Shown here piece by piece: positions 62,832-64,000 of a DNA stretch of 64,000 nucleotides (within the stretch, counting starts at the first letter, position 1; every line of letters begins with the position of its first letter). Made by a program: the position numbers and the translations under genes. The notes beneath the pieces are model-generated. The model had not been told where the DNA came from. It was given only the letters and a program-made list of their open reading frames with translations, and made no database searches. The DNA is taken from positions 190,925 through 254,924 of the forward strand of contig BDGG01000023.1 in NCBI GenBank assembly GCA_001949185.1. Reading direction: 5' to 3'. Source of the stretch: Ramazzottius varieornatus. Taxonomy: Eukaryota > Animalia > Tardigrada.

Positions 62832-64000
62832 GAGGGGAATGTAGACTGTGTTGTACAGAGAGGATGAAAGTACTGATAAGAAACCTGGTATCGAGTGCGA
62901 AAAACCAATGATGCATAGCGATATGAAAGCAGCGTGGACAGTGTAAGACTTGGATGGGAAGGAAGTGTGGTGCCGTGAGAAAGCGGTCGGTACACGTTAA
63001 CCAAAATTGAACTCGATTGAATTTAATTAACACTGGAGCGAATTCCAAATGCAGGTTTGCCGGCAACCCAGTCTCCACGGTAGAATATCATTATTCATTT
63101 GCTCGTGAAGTGCAAGGCCAACAACTTTGCACTTTGACGTGTTGATTTACCGATCGTTCAATGCCTGGTTCCATAATCATTCTTAATTATCGGTCTCCCA
63201 TATTGGTGCTGACGGTATGTAGATCATTGCTAACAGGGCATTTAAGCACCTGTATCATCGCAATTTGAATATTATCTCATCGCAATCCGGCGTTCTAGCC
63301 GTCGCATTCTGATGCACAGTTATCGTTTTGATTTCCTCTTTTCTTCGTTTATCTTTTATCCGCATATCTGTTTTATTTTGCTGTGTTTCAGGTTCGTCAG
63401 AGATCCATGTACCATGTATTTCGTATTCTGACAGGTCTAACAATGGTAACAAGGAAGCTGTGGGCTTCTTTGAAAGCGGTGATATGGCTGACTTCGTCAA
63501 GCATCCAAGGGCGTCTGTGGTCCTGCATCGTTTTCTTGAACTCGACAAGCAAATGTACGGCGACCAGGAGGAAGACAACTACGAGTATGAAGGCGCTTAT
63601 TTCTGTACTACGCTGATGGGACTTCTTAGACGAATTCTGGGACTGAGCTTTCAAAGGTGCCCTGTTCTTAGCTCGAACTTTAACGCGAGCTTGTCCTTAT
63701 ACGCTTTACTGTCTTCTCCACAACACCATCTCGAGTTTTCGATGTAGTTATACCTCCGATCAAAACAAAAGTAGACAGAGATGTATTATACAAAAGTCGC
63801 TCGTTTCTGATAAGCCATTTGATAAAGAGCCGTGGTGGAAGGCAAATGCTGATGGATGAGCAGTGACCGTCACTTGTAGTCGTTTAGCGGAAAGGGGGTA
63901 CGGATGGGAGGCGGAAGTAACCATCGGTGCATTCAGGAGTCGTGTTCTCGCGCGTCGGTTCTACTCCATTTCTGTACGAGTTAGTACTAATGGCAACACT

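Noticed and set aside
63328-63747. Possible exon with a Pumilio-like HPRASVVLHRFLE segment
   Set aside because: A single weak motif and no partner exons could be established.

Overview
Compact, intron-rich animal genomic DNA with short GT-AG introns and three assembly gaps. The style fits a tardigrade such as Ramazzottius, but that is my inference and is not verified. Recognisable genes are a TMEM63/OSCA channel (5' part), an SLC16 monocarboxylate transporter, mitoribosomal mS38/AURKAIP1, a secreted Cys-rich protein, an aminergic-like class A GPCR, an SLC22 transporter, the Mnx1/HB9 homeobox gene, an SK/KCNN channel with alternative N-termini, and a divergent adenylate kinase. Mobile DNA includes a 5'-truncated RLE-type non-LTR retrotransposon, a defective intron-containing hAT element and several MITEs with verifiable TSDs. 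Three observations stand out. (1) A hidden, spliced histone H3-fold gene carries an acidic rather than basic N-terminal tail (45672-46264). (2) A dispersed palindromic element, AAGTGGCGCAC-N25-GTGCGCCACTT, occurs as 15 units at 12 loci; it is mostly intronic, has a near-fixed spacer length with a CCAAT core, shows copy-specific arm complementarity and forms tandem dimers (77-bp period in two of three). (3) A nested MITE carries a 133-bp copy of the sequence upstream of the GPCR. Splice sites and coordinates were read by eye and may be off by a few bases.
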